Positions 31,941-44,306 are shown, counted from the stretch's first letter. The stretch is DNA of 64,000 bases from an uncultured delta proteobacterium (GCA_963735595.1 CAVTLK010000004.1:1-64000), one strand, 5' to 3'. The notes: generated by a model not told the origin, from the letters alone. Translations and numbers: made by a program.

Positions 31941-33397
31941 ATCTCTCTTCTTAATCTTGCCACCGGGATATTGAGCTGTTCGCGGTATTTAGCTACAGTA
32001 CGCCGTGCAATCTGGTATCCTTTTTCCTGAAGTATCTCTGTAAGCCTTTCATCCGTCAGCGGTTTGCGCTTAACCTCATTGCCGATGCAATCCTGCAGTA
32101 TCCTTTTAATTTCGCGTGTTGAGACCTCTTCGCCGCTGTCGGTCTGCAATCCTTCGGAGAAGAAGAACTTCAGCGGAAATATGCCGAAATGAGTCTGGAT
32201 ATATTTGCTGTTTGCGACTCTTGATATTGTCGAAATATCCAGACCTGTCATCTCAGCCACATCCTTGAGTATCATGGGCTTAAGCTTTGTCTCATCGCCA
32301 TCAATAAAATATTCTTTCTGGTATTCGAGAATAGCATTCATCGTAAGCAGAAGTGTGTTCTGCCGTTGTTTAATTGCATCTATGAACCATTTTGCCGAAT
32401 CAATCTTCTGCTTGACGAAGAGCACTGCATCCTTCATCTCCTTCTTGTTGCTCCTGTTTTTCGAGTATGCCTGAAGCATTTCACTGTAAGCTGCACTCAG
32501 CCTCAGTTCCGGAAGATTTCTCGAATTGAGATGAAGGTCGAAACCATCTTCAGAATGTTCAAGGATGAAATCGGGAATTATCGGTTGGACGATCTTGGTG
32601 AAGGGATCGTTGTAAACACCTCCGGGTTTCGGATTAAGCTTAAGCACCTCATCAATAGCTGTCTTAAGCTCTTCCTCCGTGATATTCATTCGGGCAGTGA
32701 TCTTGTCGTAATGTCTCTTGGAAAACTCTTCAAAGTGCTGGTCAAGTATTCCATAAGCAAGTTTCACTGAAGGCTGTGAAAGATCTTTTCTTTCAAGCTG
32801 AAGCATAAGGCATTCCCTGAGTGTTCTGGCTCCGACTCCTGCCGGGTCAAGATCCTGAATTATCATAAGAACTTCCTCGAGCTCAGCCTCTGTGGTGGTT
32901 ACATTCTGGAGGAATGCAAGATCGTCGACAATACTGACAAGTTCCCGTCTCAGATACCCGTCTTCATCAATATTCCCGATGATATATTCTCCAAGAATCT
33001 TTTGTTTGTCATCCAGCTCCCGCAATCCCAGCTGTGATTCAAGATGTTCGTGGAATGAGGAACCTGCTGAGAAAGGTATCTCGGTATTCCTGTCATCATC
33101 CTTACTGAAGTTGTTTGCCTGAAGTTTGTAATCAGGGATCTCGTCCTCTTCGATATAATCGTCGAGGGTAAACTCTTCGTCATCATTTTTTTCTTCATCC
33201 CCGAGCTGTTCTTCTTCGCTTTCTTCAGGTGATTCAGCTTCATCTTCAGGGCCCTCTTCCAGGGCAGGATTTTCCTCCAGTTCTTTCTTTATGCGTTGTT
33301 CAATCTGCAAGGTAGGAACTTCCAGCAGCTTGATCATCTGGATCTGCTGTGGCGAAAGCTTCTGCAGCAATTTCTGTTGTAATCTCTGCTTCAACAT
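31937..33397 (-). CDS. rpoN: RNA polymerase sigma-54 factor
   Basis: Gln-rich region I (QKLSPQQIQMIKLL), DPAGVGAR, STISRV, RpoN box ARRTVAKYRE. Confidence 0.98.
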   Translation of the reverse strand: MLKQRLQQKLLQKLSPQQIQMIKLLEVPTLQIEQRIKKELEENPALEEGPEDEAESPEESEEEQLGDEEKNDDEEFTLDDYIEEDEIPDYKLQANNFSKDDDRNTEIPFSAGSSFHEHLESQLGLRELDDKQKILGEYIIGNIDEDGYLRRELVSIVDDLAFLQNVTTTEAELEEVLMIIQDLDPAGVGARTLRECLMLQLERKDLSQPSVKLAYGILDQHFEEFSKRHYDKITARMNITEEELKTAIDEVLKLNPKPGGVYNDPFTKIVQPIIPDFILEHSEDGFDLHLNSRNLPELRLSAAYSEMLQAYSKNRSNKKEMKDAVLFVKQKIDSAKWFIDAIKQRQNTLLLTMNAILEYQKEYFIDGDETKLKPMILKDVAEMTGLDISTISRVANSKYIQTHFGIFPLKFFFSEGLQTDSGEEVSTREIKRILQDCIGNEVKRKPLTDERLTEILQEKGYQIARRTVAKYREQLNIPVARLRREI

Positions 33398-33433
33398 GCC
33401 GGTTCCTGAAAATCTGTGGTTGAATTATTTCTG

Positions 33434-34822
33434 TTAAAACTCTGCATTCTTTGGTGTTCTTGGAAACGGTATAACATCGCGGATATTTGACATTCCCGTC
33501 ATAAAAAGCAGTAGCCGTTCGAAGCCGAGGCCAAATCCGCTGTGAGGAGCAGTACCGAATTTACGTGTCTCAAGGTACCACCAAAGCTCTTTTTCGGGTA
33601 ACTTAAGTTCTCTTATACGCGACAGCAGTTTATCATAATCTTCTTCTCTTTGCGATCCGCCGATTATCTCCCCTATTCCCGGGAAAAGAACATCCATGGC
33701 TCTTACAGTCTTGCCGTCATCATTCTGTTTCATGTAAAATGCCTTTATCTCCTTAGGATAATCGACCAGGATCACAGGTTTTTTAAAATGTTCTTCCACA
33801 AGATATCTTTCATGCTCAGCCTGGAGGTCCCTTCCCCAGCCTACCTGGTAATCCCACTTCCTGCCTGATACCTCAAGGATCTTCACAGCTTCGGTATAGG
33901 TAATCCTGATAAACTCGTTATCGACAACAAATCTGAGCCGTTCAAGAAGCCCCTTGTCGATCATATTATTCAGGAATTCGAGGTCGTCCTTGCAGTTTTC
34001 AAGAGCATACCTTATAAGGTACTTGATAAATTCTTCGGCAAGGTCCATATTGTCGGTTAGATCGTAGAAAGCCATTTCAGGTTCTATCATCCAGAATTCG
34101 GCAAGATGCCGGGGAGTATTTGAATTTTCTGCCCGGAAAGTGGGACCGAAAGTATAAATATCAGCAAGGGCAAGTGCTCCAAGCTCTCCTTCCAGCTGAC
34201 CAGAAACAGTCAGGTTTGCAGGTTTTCCGAAGAAGTCCTGGCTGAAATCAGGAGTCCCGTCTTTTTCCAGAGGGATCTTTGCAAGGTCGAGAGTAGTAAC
34301 ATGAAACATTTCACCTGCACCTTCGGCATCACTACCTGTGATGATAGGTGTATGAAGATAAAAGAATCCCTTATCGTTGAAATACCTGTGAATCGCAAAG
34401 GCCATTGCGTGACGCATCCTTAACACGGCTCCGAAAGTATTCGTCCTGGGCCTCAGGTGAGCTATCTCCCTGAGAAATTCCATTGAATGTCCCTTCTTCT
34501 GAAGAGGATACGTCTCGGCATCGCACTTCCCGTATAGTTCAATAGATGAAGCAACCACCTCCACATTTTGACCCTGTCCCTGCGAGCTCACCAGCTTTCC
34601 GTTAACAGAAATGCACGCTCCGGTTGTTATGTCCTTTAAAAGAGCTTCTCCGAAAACAGAGACATCAGCAACAATCTGGATATTATTTATAGTCGATCCG
34701 TCGTTAAGGGAAATGAAGGCTATGTTCTTGTTACCTCTTTTGGTTCTTACCCATCCTTTGACCAGTACTTCCGTATCTACCCGGGGTGTCTGCAGTAATT
34801 CTTTAATCTTTATCCTTTTCAT
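33434..34822 (-). CDS. asnS: Asparagine--tRNA ligase
   Basis: [56 protein letters not shown]. Confidence 0.97.
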   Translation of the reverse strand: MKRIKIKELLQTPRVDTEVLVKGWVRTKRGNKNIAFISLNDGSTINNIQIVADVSVFGEALLKDITTGACISVNGKLVSSQGQGQNVEVVASSIELYGKCDAETYPLQKKGHSMEFLREIAHLRPRTNTFGAVLRMRHAMAFAIHRYFNDKGFFYLHTPIITGSDAEGAGEMFHVTTLDLAKIPLEKDGTPDFSQDFFGKPANLTVSGQLEGELGALALADIYTFGPTFRAENSNTPRHLAEFWMIEPEMAFYDLTDNMDLAEEFIKYLIRYALENCKDDLEFLNNMIDKGLLERLRFVVDNEFIRITYTEAVKILEVSGRKWDYQVGWGRDLQAEHERYLVEEHFKKPVILVDYPKEIKAFYMKQNDDGKTVRAMDVLFPGIGEIIGGSQREEDYDKLLSRIRELKLPEKELWWYLETRKFGTAPHSGFGLGFERLLLFMTGMSNIRDVIPFPRTPKNAEF

Positions 34823-34964
34823 CTGTATAAAAAATAACACCGCAAAAATAATAAAATGCAGGCTGTTAAACTAAATTGGCACTGTTTTTGTGCTAAAAGC
34901 CCTCTTTTTTGTAAATTGGTAAAATCTGAATAACTTTGAGTACAAATCGTAATTATCTTAAGCT

Positions 34965-35843
34965 ATGGCAGACAAACAAAAATTAATCGTAGTACCATGG
35001 GATTTCACCCCTGTTGCGGAACATGCACTTGCTCATGCAGTGAAGATCAGCCGCATGGTAAAAAATGATATATGTCTTCTTCATATAGTCGATAAAGCAA
35101 TAAAGCCTCAGGATGAGGGACAGAAGAAAGTGCTTCTTAAGAGCATTGCTGATGAAAACGCCAAAAAGTACAACCTGGTTATTGTGCCGGAAATTGCAAA
35201 AGGAACCATTTTTACTGCAATTGCCGACTATGTGAACCAAAAGGGAGTGAAGGAAGAGGATAAGAAGGTTGAAGTAAGCCTGGTGGTTATGGGCACCCAT
35301 GGCATGAAGGGAATGCAGAAGCTGACCGGAAGCTGGGCTTTGAAGGTAATAGTGAGATCCACAGTGCCTTTCATTGTTGTTCAGGAGCCGCCTGTTGACC
35401 AGGAGAGATATCATAATATTGTTTTCCCGGTCGATTTCAAGAAAGAAAACAAGGAGAAGACCAAGATGGCAATATTCATGGGCAAGTATTTCGATTCGAA
35501 GATGCACATACTTGTAACTACAGCTACCGATGCGAATCTTATCAAGAAAACAAAGATAAATCTGAATTTCGCCATTAAGTATCTCATCCAGAACAACATT
35601 GATTATCAGATCCATGAAGTTCCAAAAGGTAATTTTGCCGAGCAGACTCTCGATTTTGCGCAGAAGATCAATGCTGACCTTTTACTGATAATGACCACCA
35701 AGAATATCACATTTGCCGATTATATGGTAGGGGCATCGGAGCAATATATTATTGCCAACAGCTCCAAAATACCTGTATGCTGTGTGAATCCCAAAGCATC
35801 ATTTGCCAATACAGCACAGTTCATGGGCGGCTGGGGCTCATAA
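34965..35843 (+). CDS. Universal stress protein (tandem USP domains)
   Basis: IVVPWDF..A.HAL, LVVMGTHG..G, IVFPVDF, ADLLLIMT; TAACTTTG box at 34931-34938. Confidence 0.88.
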   Translation: MADKQKLIVVPWDFTPVAEHALAHAVKISRMVKNDICLLHIVDKAIKPQDEGQKKVLLKSIADENAKKYNLVIVPEIAKGTIFTAIADYVNQKGVKEEDKKVEVSLVVMGTHGMKGMQKLTGSWALKVIVRSTVPFIVVQEPPVDQERYHNIVFPVDFKKENKEKTKMAIFMGKYFDSKMHILVTTATDANLIKKTKINLNFAIKYLIQNNIDYQIHEVPKGNFAEQTLDFAQKINADLLLIMTTKNITFADYMVGASEQYIIANSSKIPVCCVNPKASFANTAQFMGGWGS

Positions 35844-35850
35844 AAATTAT

Positions 35851-36762
35851 ATGTCAATATTAGTCAGGGGGGTTACAAAACTATATGGCGAGCAGAAGGC
35901 ACTCGATGATGTTTCCTTTGAAGTGAAAACAGGCGAGATAGTCGGATTCCTGGGCCCAAACGGGGCAGGCAAATCGACTATGATGAAAATAATCACCGGA
36001 TTTATTCCGGCTACATCAGGCTCAGTACAGATCAATGGCACAGAGATATCAACTGATAATCCTGACCTGCGTAAAACAATAGGTTATCTCCCCGAAAACA
36101 ACCCGCTTTACCCTGAAATGTACGTAAGGGAATACCTGGGGTTTGTCTCTTCGTTATATAAAACCGGATCTGCCCGGGAGCGTATTGACCATATTATTGA
36201 AGTGACCGGTCTGGCTCCTGAACAGAAGAAAAAAATAGGATCACTTTCAAAAGGCTACAGGCAGAGAGTCGGCCTTGCACAGGCTCTCATTCATGATCCT
36301 GCAGTGCTCATCCTCGATGAGGCTACAACCGGCCTTGATCCAAACCAGATCATTGAGATACGTAACCTGATCATTGAAGCAGGGAAAGAGAAAACAGTCA
36401 TGTTCTCCACGCATATCATGCAGGAAGCTGAAGCTGTATGTGACAGGATCATTATCATAAACAACGGCAAGATCATGGCCGATGAGCTAAAGAACAATAT
36501 TCATTCTGTTATAAAAAAGCACCGGCAGATAATTAAAATAGAATTTGATAAAACTCCTGAAATCTCTGAATTGCAGAAAATTGCAGGTGTTGTCAGTGCA
36601 AGGTCTGACTCCGGCAATCTTTGGATCATTGAAGCTGCAGGAGAAGATGATATCCGTCCGGCTATATTCTCATTTGCCGTGAAAAGCAATCTTACTGTAC
36701 TCTCGCTTCAGAAGGAGGAGAGCAATCTGGAAGAGGTTTTCAGGCATCTTACTAACGGATAA
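35851..36762 (+). CDS. gldA: Gliding motility-associated ABC transporter ATP-binding subunit
   Basis: GPNGAGKST, GYLPENNPLY, LSKGYRQRVGLAQALIHDP, STHIMQE. Confidence 0.8.
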   Translation: MSILVRGVTKLYGEQKALDDVSFEVKTGEIVGFLGPNGAGKSTMMKIITGFIPATSGSVQINGTEISTDNPDLRKTIGYLPENNPLYPEMYVREYLGFVSSLYKTGSARERIDHIIEVTGLAPEQKKKIGSLSKGYRQRVGLAQALIHDPAVLILDEATTGLDPNQIIEIRNLIIEAGKEKTVMFSTHIMQEAEAVCDRIIIINNGKIMADELKNNIHSVIKKHRQIIKIEFDKTPEISELQKIAGVVSARSDSGNLWIIEAAGEDDIRPAIFSFAVKSNLTVLSLQKEESNLEEVFRHLTNG

Positions 36763-36944
36763 CATTTTTTTTATCGTTTTTTTTTACTTGCTTTGTGCCA
36801 TAATTGACTGGTGGAAAGATTTGTGCTGATTGCAACCACGGGAAAAAATGCTAAAACGAAGAAAATTCCATTTTTCGCGTCAACCAATCTTCCCATCAGT
36901 TGTTTAATTGACTTAATACTTAAGACTTTTATAAACTTAAAACT

Positions 36945-38288
36945 ATGGGATATTTTTTTACTTCAGAATCAGTGTCGGAAGGACACCCCGACAAAGTAGC
37001 CGATCAGATATCAGATGCACTCCTTGATGAGTTCCTGAGATGGGATCCGGAATCAAAAGTCGCATGCGAGACTTTCGTAACCACAGGACTTGTCGTTTGC
37101 GGAGGTGAAGTTCAGACAACCGGCTGGGTTGACGTTCAGGAGACGGCCCGACGTGTAATCCGTAATATCGGTTATACCAAGGCTGAATACCGTTTCGACT
37201 GCGATTCTTGCGGTGTGATCTCTACAATTCATGAACAGTCAGCTGATATACGTCAGGGGGTTGTACGCGAGAAACCTGAAGAACAGGGCGCCGGCGATCA
37301 GGGGATGATGTTTGGATATGCCTGCCGCGAAATGGACAACTATATGCCGTTAAGCATAGAACTGGCTCATCTCCTTCTCCAGGAGCTTGCAGCATTACGC
37401 CGTGAGGGAAAGGTTATGAAATATCTTCGTCCCGACGCAAAATCGCAGGTTACAATAGAATATGATGATGCCAATAAACCGCTTCGCATAGATACTATAG
37501 TCATCAGCACCCAGCATGATGAGTTCGTTCTTCCAAAGAATAAAACACATGCTTCGGAAAAAACTGCAGAAAAAGCAATGCAGAAACAGATCCACGATGA
37601 TCTGGTCAAATATCTGTTCCCTCGGATTAAAAAATCACTGCCCGCAAGGATCCAGAAACTTCTGAAAAGCGATACCAGACTGCTGGTGAATCCTACTGGC
37701 AAATTTGTGATCGGAGGACCTCATGGAGATACCGGTCTCACCGGAAGAAAGATAATCGTTGATACATACGGAGGCCATGGTGCACACGGTGGAGGAGCCT
37801 TCTCAGGTAAGGATTCGTCGAAAGTCGACAGATCGGCAGCTTATGCTGCACGCCATATTGCCAAGAACCTTGTTGCAGCAGGCGTTTGCGACAGAGTACT
37901 TATTCAGGTAGCCTATGCAATCGGTGTTGCGCAGCCAGTAGGTCTTTATGTGAACACTTACGGTACAGCACATGTAAAGAACAGCAAAGGAAAAATATTA
38001 CACGACGGAGAGATAGCCGGGATAGTTGAAAAGATATTCGACATGAGGCCTTACTCAATAGTAAAAAGACTTGGACTTAAAAACCCTGTTTTCCTTAAGA
38101 CTGCATCGTATGGCCATTTCGGACGTAATCCATATTCAGAAAATGTGGAAGTATATTACGAAGTTCCGGGAAGCAAAACCAAAGCTGCAAATGGTAATGG
38201 CAGGAAAGTTTCGATTAAGAAAGTCGATTTCTTTACGTGGGAGAAACTGGATTATGTGGATAAGATCCGGAAAGCGTTTAAGATCTAA
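36945..38288 (+). CDS. metK: S-adenosylmethionine synthetase
   Basis: [43 protein letters not shown]. Confidence 0.98.
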   Translation: MGYFFTSESVSEGHPDKVADQISDALLDEFLRWDPESKVACETFVTTGLVVCGGEVQTTGWVDVQETARRVIRNIGYTKAEYRFDCDSCGVISTIHEQSADIRQGVVREKPEEQGAGDQGMMFGYACREMDNYMPLSIELAHLLLQELAALRREGKVMKYLRPDAKSQVTIEYDDANKPLRIDTIVISTQHDEFVLPKNKTHASEKTAEKAMQKQIHDDLVKYLFPRIKKSLPARIQKLLKSDTRLLVNPTGKFVIGGPHGDTGLTGRKIIVDTYGGHGAHGGGAFSGKDSSKVDRSAAYAARHIAKNLVAAGVCDRVLIQVAYAIGVAQPVGLYVNTYGTAHVKNSKGKILHDGEIAGIVEKIFDMRPYSIVKRLGLKNPVFLKTASYGHFGRNPYSENVEVYYEVPGSKTKAANGNGRKVSIKKVDFFTWEKLDYVDKIRKAFKI

Positions 38289-38289
38289 C

Positions 38290-38513
38290 CACCCCGTCAC
38301 GCCTTCAGCGTGACACTCCTTATAGCTACCAACCCCCCATCCCCCCCAAGGGACTATCGACCCCAGTTACTGACCCCCAGCAAGGGGGGGTTAAAACCCA
38401 CTACAAATTTTAATTAGCAATTGGGTTTAACCCCCCTTTAGGGGGCAGGGCACGCGTTAGCGTGGCCGGGGGTTCGTCGCTTTAGAGGGGCAGTCCCGAG
38501 TACTCGGCGCGGG
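38290..38513. repeat. Mosaic of REP-like palindromes between convergent metK and metF
   Basis: CCCCCCATCCCCCCCAAGGG..., GGGTTTAACCCCCCTTTAGGGGGCAGGG, CACGC-GTTA-GCGTG, GGGGCAGTCCCGAGTACTCGG; similar to 49653-49769. Confidence 0.7.
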
Positions 38514-39467
38514 TTAAAATGCTGCTTTAACTATCCTTGCAACATTATCTGATCGTCCCAGGGTATAGTAATGTATCCCCGGAACACCTGCTTTAATAAG
38601 CTCCTTCGATTGCATCGTTGCCCATTCGATTCCTACTTCACGTGCCTCCTTGTCGGTAGTGCATTTCCTGATCGCATTCACCAGGTCGTTGGGAACATCA
38701 ATATGAAATGTCTGCGGAAGCAGCTTTATATCATTCAATGCTGAAACAGGTTTGATACCTGCAATAACCGGAACATTAATTCCCATTGCCCTGCATTCGT
38801 CCCTGAATCTTAAGAATTTGCAGTTGTCAAAAAACATCTGGGTAACTATATAGCTTGCACCGGCATCAACTTTCTTTTTGAGGTATTCCATGTCCGTCTG
38901 CCTGTTGGGCGCTTCAAAGTGTTTCTCCGGGTAGCCGGCAACTCCAATGCAGAAATTTGTGGGTGTTGTATCTTCAAGAGTCTCCTCGAGATATCTGCCG
39001 TTATTCATATCAACGATCTGCCTTATAAGATCTGAAGTATGTGCATGTCCCTCTTTCTCGGGAATGAAGTTTCTGCTTCCTCTTTGGGGATCGCCTCTGA
39101 GAGCAAGCACATCATCGATACCCAGGAAGTTCATTTCAATGAGGACATTTTCCGTTTCCTCTTTTGAAAATCCGCCGCACAGAATATGCGGAACCACCGT
39201 AATGTTATACTTATATCTTACAGCAGCAGAGAGGGCAATTGTACCCGGGCGCAGACGTGTAACCCTTCTCTCGAGAAGTCCGTCAGGCCTCTCCTTATAT
39301 GCTATCTCATTGCGATGGGTGGTAAAATTTATATATGCAGGCTCAAATTCTATAAGCCTGTCGATCGTTGTGTATACTTTTTCAATGCTGTGCCCTTTCA
39401 GCGGCGGCAGCAGTTCAAAGGTGAACAATGGACCTTTTGCACTTTTCAGTTTATCAATAACGCTCAT
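38514..39467 (-). CDS. metF: 5,10-methylenetetrahydrofolate reductase
   Basis: FELLPPLKG, VPHILC, LALRGD, VAGYPEKH, VTQMFFD, HYYTLG. Confidence 0.95.
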   Translation of the reverse strand: MSVIDKLKSAKGPLFTFELLPPLKGHSIEKVYTTIDRLIEFEPAYINFTTHRNEIAYKERPDGLLERRVTRLRPGTIALSAAVRYKYNITVVPHILCGGFSKEETENVLIEMNFLGIDDVLALRGDPQRGSRNFIPEKEGHAHTSDLIRQIVDMNNGRYLEETLEDTTPTNFCIGVAGYPEKHFEAPNRQTDMEYLKKKVDAGASYIVTQMFFDNCKFLRFRDECRAMGINVPVIAGIKPVSALNDIKLLPQTFHIDVPNDLVNAIRKCTTDKEAREVGIEWATMQSKELIKAGVPGIHYYTLGRSDNVARIVKAAF

Positions 39468-39477
39468 ATTGCAATTT

Positions 39478-42400
39478 TCATAAGTTAGGGGCTAGCCAGC
39501 GGGCTGCCTCTTCTGTTGTCATTCCTTTCCTGACTGCATAATCAGCAAGCTGATCGCGATCAATCTTTCCTATGTTAAAATATGATGAAGCCGGATGTGA
39601 GAATATGTATCCACTTACTGTTGCAGGGGGCGTCATGGCATAATTCCCGGTAAGCCCCACCCCTATCGACGATTCAGCATTCAGAAGGTCGAATATGGCT
39701 CTCTTCTCAGTATGATCAGGACATGCAGGATAGCCCGGAGCCGGCCTGATGCCAATATACTTTGCAGCAATCATCTCTTCCATTGTCAGTTTTTCCTGAG
39801 CAGTATAGCCCCAGTATTCCCTTCTGATTTTTTCGTGAATCCATTCCGCTGCGGCCTCAGCCAGACGGTCGCTCAGGATCCTTATCATGATTGTCGCATA
39901 ATCATCTTCCGCATACTTCTTAAATGCCTCATTATCAATCTCTGCAGTCACAACAAATAAGCCTATATTATCTGTTTTACCTGCAGATTCAGGGGCAATA
40001 AAATCAGAGAGCGCCAGGTTGGGAACACCCTTCTCCTTCTTCTCCTGGTTTCTTAGAAAATGCAAAGTTGTTCTTTTGGTTTTGTCTCCCCCCTCGAGGG
40101 GGGCGACCGGGGGGTGTGTCAAATACAATTACATCATCTCCATCCGACACTGCCGGAAACAATCCAAGCACGCCTTTCGCCTTAATAAGCTTACTTTCTA
40201 TTATCTCATCAAGATAATGTTGTGCATCGTCAAAAAGCTTTTTCGCCTCTGTGCCCTTAACAGGATCGCTGAAAATGGCCGGGTATTTTCCCGACAGCTT
40301 CCAGGCGAAGAAGAAGAAAGTCCAGTCAATATATTGAGCCAGGGTTTTCAGGTCTATCGCCTCAATGATATGATGTCCCGGTTTCAGAGGTTTTGAAATT
40401 TTAAATGAATCCCAGTCGGTACTGAGTCTGTTTTTCCTGGCTTCTTTTATCGTCAGCAGATCACGTTTTTCCTGTCTGGAATCATGATCTGTCTTCAGCT
40501 TCCGGTATTTTTCCTTTATTGAAGAGACATAGCCGGTATTATCTTTCTGCATCAGTGATGACAATACACCTGCCGCTCTGGAAGCATCCTTTACATGGAT
40601 TACAGCATTCGAATATGCAGGTGCTACTTTAACAGCAGCATGAATCTCAGATGTTGTGGCCCCTCCGATAAGAAGAGGTGTTTTCAGTTTCCTTCGTTCC
40701 ATTTCAGCAGCTACATGAACCATCTCCTCCAGTGAAGGTGTAATCAATCCGCTAAGACCAATGAAATCGACCTCCTCTTTAATTGCAGTGTCGATGATCT
40801 TTTCTGCAGGAACCATTACACCAAGATCGATTACTTTATAATTATTGCACGATAATACAACCCCGACGATATTCTTACCGATGTCGTGTACATCGCCTTT
40901 AACGGTGGCGAGAAGGATTTTCCCGGCGTTTCTTTTTTCCGTGCCTTCGCTCTCTTTTTCAATATAAGGAGCAAGTTTGGAAACAGCCTTTTTCATCACC
41001 CTGGCGCTTTTGACTACCTGGGGCAGGAACATTCTTCCCGATCCGAAGAGATCGCCCACCTCATTCATCCCTCCCATCAATGGTCCTTCAATAAGTTCTA
41101 TAGATCTCGAGAAGAGTGAACGGGCTTCCTCAACATCCTCCTCTATATGTTCATCCAAACCTCGTATTAGTGAGTGTTTAATCCGGTCTATAACAGGCAG
41201 AGAACGCCATTCATCGGCTTTCTCCTCTTTCTTTCCCTCGTTTTTCAGACCCTCTGCAAATTTCACAAGTCTTTCTGTTCCATCCTTTCTCCTGTTCAGA
41301 ACAACATCTTCAGTAAGCTGAAGAAGATCTGCAGGTATTTCGCTGTAAACCTGGAGCATTCCGGGATTCACAATACCCATATCCAGACCTGCCTTTATCG
41401 CATGAAAGAGGAACACGGAATGCATTGCTTCCCTTACTTTATCTATTCCCCTGAACGAGAATGAAAGGTTGCTGATGCCTCCGCTGACCTTTGCATAGGG
41501 AAGATTTTTTTTGATCCATTCTGTTGCCCTGATATAATTGACAGCATAATTATTATGTTCCTCTATACCTGTTGCAATTGCCAGGACATTCGGATCAAAG
41601 ATCAGGTCTTCCGGAGGATATCCGATCTTCCCGACAAGCAGCTTATATGATCTTTCCGCAACAGCTATTCTTTTTTCAAAAGTGTCGGCCTGCCCATTTT
41701 CATCAAAAAGCATTACGACGGCTGCTGCGCCATATTTCCTCAACAGTTTAGCACGCTGAAGAAATGCTTCTTCTCCTTCTTTAAGGCTGATAGAGTTAAC
41801 GATCGATTTCCCCTGTATGCATTTAAGAGCAGATTCTATGACTTCCCATTTTGAAGAGTCGATCATCAGCGGTAGTTTTGAAATATCGGGTTCCGCCATG
41901 ATGAGGTTGACGAATTTAACCATTGCCCTTTCGGAATCGAGCATAGCCTCATCCATGCAGATGTCGATCACCTGTGCACCTCCTTCCACCTGGTTACGTG
42001 CTATTGCAAGCGCTTCACCATATTTCTCTTCTTTTATAAGCCTGGCAAACTTTATCGACCCGGAAACATTTGTACGCTCTCCCACATTAACGAAATTGGT
42101 TTCAGGAGTTATCGTCAGCGCTTCAAGTCCGCTTAATCGTGTATATCTTGTTATTTCAGTTCTTTTCCTTGGATTATATTGTTTCGCAGTCTCAGAGATC
42201 TTCTTTATATGGAGAGGGGTTGTACCGCAACACCCTCCGATAATATTGACCCAGCCCTCTTTCATAAAATCCTCCGTTATTAAGGACATCTGTTCAGCTG
42301 ACTGATCATACTCACCAAACTGATTGGGCAGACCGGCGTTTGGATGTGCAGAAACATAAAATGGGGATTTAGCTGAAAGCTCCTCAACAAACGGCCTTAA

Positions 42401-43150
42401 CTGTTCAGCTCCGAGAGCACAGTTTAGCCCCACGCTGAATAGCGGAAAATGAGAAACCGAGATCAAAAAAGCCTCGAGTGTCTGGCCTGTGAGTGTCCTT
42501 CCGCTTGCGTCTGTGATGGTAACAGAAACCATAACGGGAAGACGTTTCTTCGTCTCCTCAAAAACAGAATCGATTGCAAAAAGGGCGGCCTTGCAATTGA
42601 GAACATCAAAAATAGTTTCAACAAGAAGGATGTCGACACCACCGTCAATAAGGCCGCGGATCTGTTCCGAGTACGCTTCAACGAGGTTGTCGAAAGTAAC
42701 CAATCTGGCTCCCGGGTCGTTAACATCGGACGACATTGAAGCAGTGCGGTTCGTGGGACCGAGTGTTCCGGCAACAAAACGGGATGTGGGTTCTTTCGCG
42801 TTCTCAAAAGAACAGATTGCGTCTTTCGCCAGAAGGGCAGCATGGTAATTCAGATTGTAAACCTGGTCCTCCATGCCATAATCGGCCATTGATATCCTGT
42901 TAGAATTGAAGGTATTAGTTGTTATAATGTCTGCACCTGCCTCAAGATATCCCCTGTGAATATCATTTATAATTTCAGGCTGTGTCAGGGTAAGAAGATC
43001 ATTGTTCCCTTTCTGCGGTTTGGGATGATCTCTGAATTTCTCTCCACGAAAATCGGCTTCCTGAAGCCTGTGCTTCTGGATCATCGTGCCCATCGCGCCA
43101 TCGAGGATAAGGATCTTCTGTTGTATTAGTTCTTCTAATTGGGATTTCAT
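39478..43150 (-). CDS. metH: Cobalamin-dependent methionine synthase (1-nt frameshift near 40110 inside a palindromic insert)
   Basis: [26 protein letters not shown]12 motif [19 protein letters not shown]; reactivation domain DRLAEA and [14 protein letters not shown] in ORF 39478-40128. Confidence 0.96.
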
Positions 43151-43287
43151 GATAATTTAATTTTCTTTTCTTTTTTTGGCATTTACTCACCCCCTTACCT
43201 TCGCTCCGCTAAATTATTCCGACACTTCATCAAATCCAAATAATTCACGATTCTTTTCATTTTTGTGCTTTCCCTGTGTCATCTTTT

Positions 43288-44306
43288 TCAGCTTGAAGTT
43301 TTCTCCCAGAATTTCCTGATAATATCAGTAACAATATCTGTTTCTATCAGGAATCCGTCATGGCCGTAAAATGAGTCAATCTCAATATATTCCGCGCCTT
43401 TGGTATTTGAGGTTATAAATTTCTGATCGTCGGTCGGAAACAACATATCTGATTTTATTCCTACGCACAGAACTTTAGCTTTGATCGTTTGCAGTGCATT
43501 GATAATACTCCCGCGTCCTCTGCCTATATTATGTGTATCAGAAAGACATGTAAGGCACCAGTAGGAATGGGGACTAAACCTTTTGACAAGCTTCTCTCCC
43601 TGATAAGCCTGGTATGATGCAGCCCTGAATGAGGTAAACTTTTCATCATCATCTTCCTTCTGTGTCTGGTTATAAGCATACATAGTCCTGTAGCTGATAA
43701 GGGCAATGGATCTTGCTGCTTTCAGTCCAGACTTGCCTCCATCAGGATCACCCGAAGTGAATGTCTGGTCGGCCTGCATGGCGAGTCTCATCGATTCGCT
43801 GAATGCGAGCGCCCATGGCGTCTGTCTTGCACCTGAAGCCAGAACAATGAGTCTCTCAACAAGTTCAGGATACATTATGCTGTATTCAAGAGCCTGATAT
43901 CCGCCAATGGAAGCCCCGATGATGGTGTGTATCTTAGTTATCCCAAGATGTTTCCTGAGCATCTCATGAACATTCACCAGATCGCGTACTGTGATCAGCG
44001 GAAAATCGTTAAGCCATTGTTTTCCTGTTTCCGGATTGACCGAAGCAGGACCGGTTGTTCCATAACATGATCCAAGGACGTTTGCACAAACGATAAAATA
44101 TTTGTCCGGATCGAAAAGGAGACCGGTACCTACCATTCCCGGCCACCACGAATCAACATCGGAGTTGGCAGTGAGTGCATGACAGACCCAGATCACATTA
44201 TCAGAGCCGGCATTCAGTTTTCCCCACGTGTCATAGGCAATATCCACTGAAGGCAAAATTGCTCCCGTCTCAGTTATAAAAGGTTGATTAATTTTAAGTT
44301 TCTCCA

